A stretch of DNA of 64,000 bases from the human T2T-CHM13v2.0 reference genome, Homo sapiens, in assembly GCF_009914755.1 (NCBI RefSeq), contig NC_060931.1; one strand, given 5' to 3'. The notes under the pieces are model-generated. The model saw only the letters and a program-made list of their open reading frames with translations, did no database searches and was not told where the DNA came from. Made by a program: the position numbers and the translations under genes. This document shows positions 61,281 to 64,000 of this stretch, piece by piece (the stretch's first letter is position 1; each line of letters opens with the position of its first letter).

Positions 61281-62405
61281 ACTATGGGCAAGCCATTTCC
61301 TTCCTCTGTGCCTCAGTGACATTATCTGTGAAATAAATGTGTAGAAACAGATGGACTCCAAGGATGCATTCAACTCTGCAAGTCTGTGTGTCTAAACATC
61401 CCCTCTGTCCTCATGGGGTTTAGCAGCAAGTTGGAGAGATGAAATGCAGTAATAAAATGTAAAATACTTCTAGTTAATGTTTTAAGTACCCAATTAGTGA
61501 TTTTTTAAAAAGGAATATGTATTCCCTTGAGAAGGGATAGAGCAGAAATCTGGAGGACAGCTTTGTGGAGATAGAACTGGACCATGCCCACTTCAAGAAG
61601 TATGTAGCTCGGATGTGGATCTGTGCCAGTGGGATGGCCTTAACAAAGGTGAGCAGGCTTCACCACACCAGGGGGTCCGTAGAACAGCAAGAAGATGAGC
61701 CTGTTGGTGGTAGAAGGCTTCTGCGTCAAAGTGAAGCATTGAGGAGGACCCATGGGTGACTTTGAGGGACTCTGAATGGAAGAGAGTGGATGGACGAGAC
61801 ACCTGGCCTATCCACAAACTGGCCCTATAGCCTTGAATAATCACTGGGACCTCAGTTCCTGCTGTATGACACCAAGGCTAGCTCCTTTACAAGACGGAAG
61901 CACAGCCTAGCTGATCTTGCTCTTCCTGCTGGAAAACTCCATGATTCTCTTTGCCTTCCAGGCAACAGACACATAAGATTCCTGCTGCCAGGTCACTGCT
62001 GGATGCTGGACTCCAGCAGTGACAGGCCCCGAACCTGCCCTTGTGAAGGCCACTTTCTTAGTGGTGGTGGCTCATCTAGCAGGCTGAGGAATGTACAAAG
62101 GATGTGTAAGAAAATCTACCTAGCAGTAGGGTATATAATGAGTTAAAGAACTGAGCTTCTACTGGCAATGAGACCAGCCAGGGTAATGTTGCAAAAGTTT
62201 AGATGTACATTAAGACCCAGAAGGGCTGAACTTGGTTAGGGGAGAGGAACATGAAATGAAAAGTCTAATGCATGAACCCTAGAACCACATGAATATTAAA
62301 GCTCACACTGAAGTATCTGTGCCTCCTTCTCCCTTGCCCTGCCCTTTTTCAGCCTCCCAAAGCTGCACCCATTCCTCCTGTGTCCCCAATATCCCCTATG
62401 CCATG

Positions 62406-63040
<635 letters not shown>

Positions 63041-64000
63041 CCATGGTAACTGGGTCCCATACATCCTGAAAATACTAATAGAACAAATATTCCCACTCCT
63101 GAAATTTAACTTGATCCTGAAGACGAAGGATTTCCTTGAGCTCATAAATGGAAGTGGTTCATCTTCCAGGTAGAGAATGCAAGGTAGATTGGTTTTGTTC
63201 ACAGGGGTCATGCAGAGCTAAGCACATAGAAGGTGCTCAGTAAGCACCTGCTGAACATACTGAAGTGACATAGCCAGGCAGAGACGGGTAGGTGGACAGC
63301 CAACACGCCATGAGAGCTGGAAGGGCGCATCCTCTCTTAGGAGCTGGGGCCCTGGCCAGCTGACTCAGCTTCAAGCTCTGCTAGTACATAAGTCCCTCGG
63401 GGCCTATAAGCTTGGCCGTGTTGCAGCTGAAATTTCTGCTGAATAAGGTCATACATACTAACCTGAGAATGCAATAGTGAGAATGGCTCCTTCTTTTTCG
63501 CATCCCAGACCCCAGAATAGAAATATTTACCATCACGTCTGGATGATAATATCAATAAATTATCAGACATTGCACGTATTAAGAAAAGCTCATTTTCTGG
63601 AAATTGTCCTTATTGTCCTAATTGGGAATTATCTTGAAGCCGTGGATAGAAAATGACCTTTCAGATTGCTGGGACAAAGCCCAAGTCTAAATTGGAAACG
63701 TGTTTAATGGCTAAGACAGCCCACTTCCAGATTAATTATGGATGCTTTTCCATTTCAAGATTACATTAGGAAGGAAAGTTGTCACTGGGTGGAATGTGAG
63801 TCTCCACTGCATCCTTTTAAGATAAATAAGTTGAAGTTTGAAGAAAATTTGAGATTACTTTTGGTTAAGTGAATAAAATCTGTTTAGCGAACTCTTTGAA
63901 GTTGTGGATTGCCTGGGAATCTACAAATCTGCAACCTCCCTCCCTCTAGATACATTCAGAGGGTAGAAGAGAAGTCATTTAAAACCTTATGCTTGACTTC

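Noticed and set aside
63457-63463. TACTAAC branch-point consensus
   Set aside because: Followed immediately by AG with no pyrimidine tract; a 7-mer is expected several times by chance.

Overview
Primate (almost certainly human or great ape) non-coding genomic DNA, intergenic or deep intronic. I find no credible protein-coding gene, tRNA, rRNA or processed pseudogene; the listed ORFs are short, and many are Alu-, LTR- or L2-derived. Interspersed repeats fill a large part of the window: about 26 near-full-length Alus (J/S/Y types, several nested or with clear TSDs), ERVL and MaLR solo LTRs (MLT2A, THE1, MSTA/MSTB/MST-MLT1A, MLT1, LTR16), ERV1-class LTRs (MER21 and others), old L1M 3' ends, L2, L3/CR1, MIR, and DNA transposons (MER8, Tigger2a, MER82, MER20). 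Repeat subfamilies were assigned from memory of consensus sequences, not by running RepeatMasker, so labels and some boundaries are approximate. Points of interest: (i) a diverged pair of ~190-bp elements at 28.0 and 30.2 kb that I cannot assign to a repeat family, each with splice signals and hairpin potential; (ii) two THE1 LTRs that keep a DUX4 motif and the MaLR splice donor; (iii) two CTCF motifs in CpG-retaining patches; (iv) several candidate non-coding exons on both strands; (v) local duplication and template-switch scars. No new biological system is demonstrated; these are leads to test.
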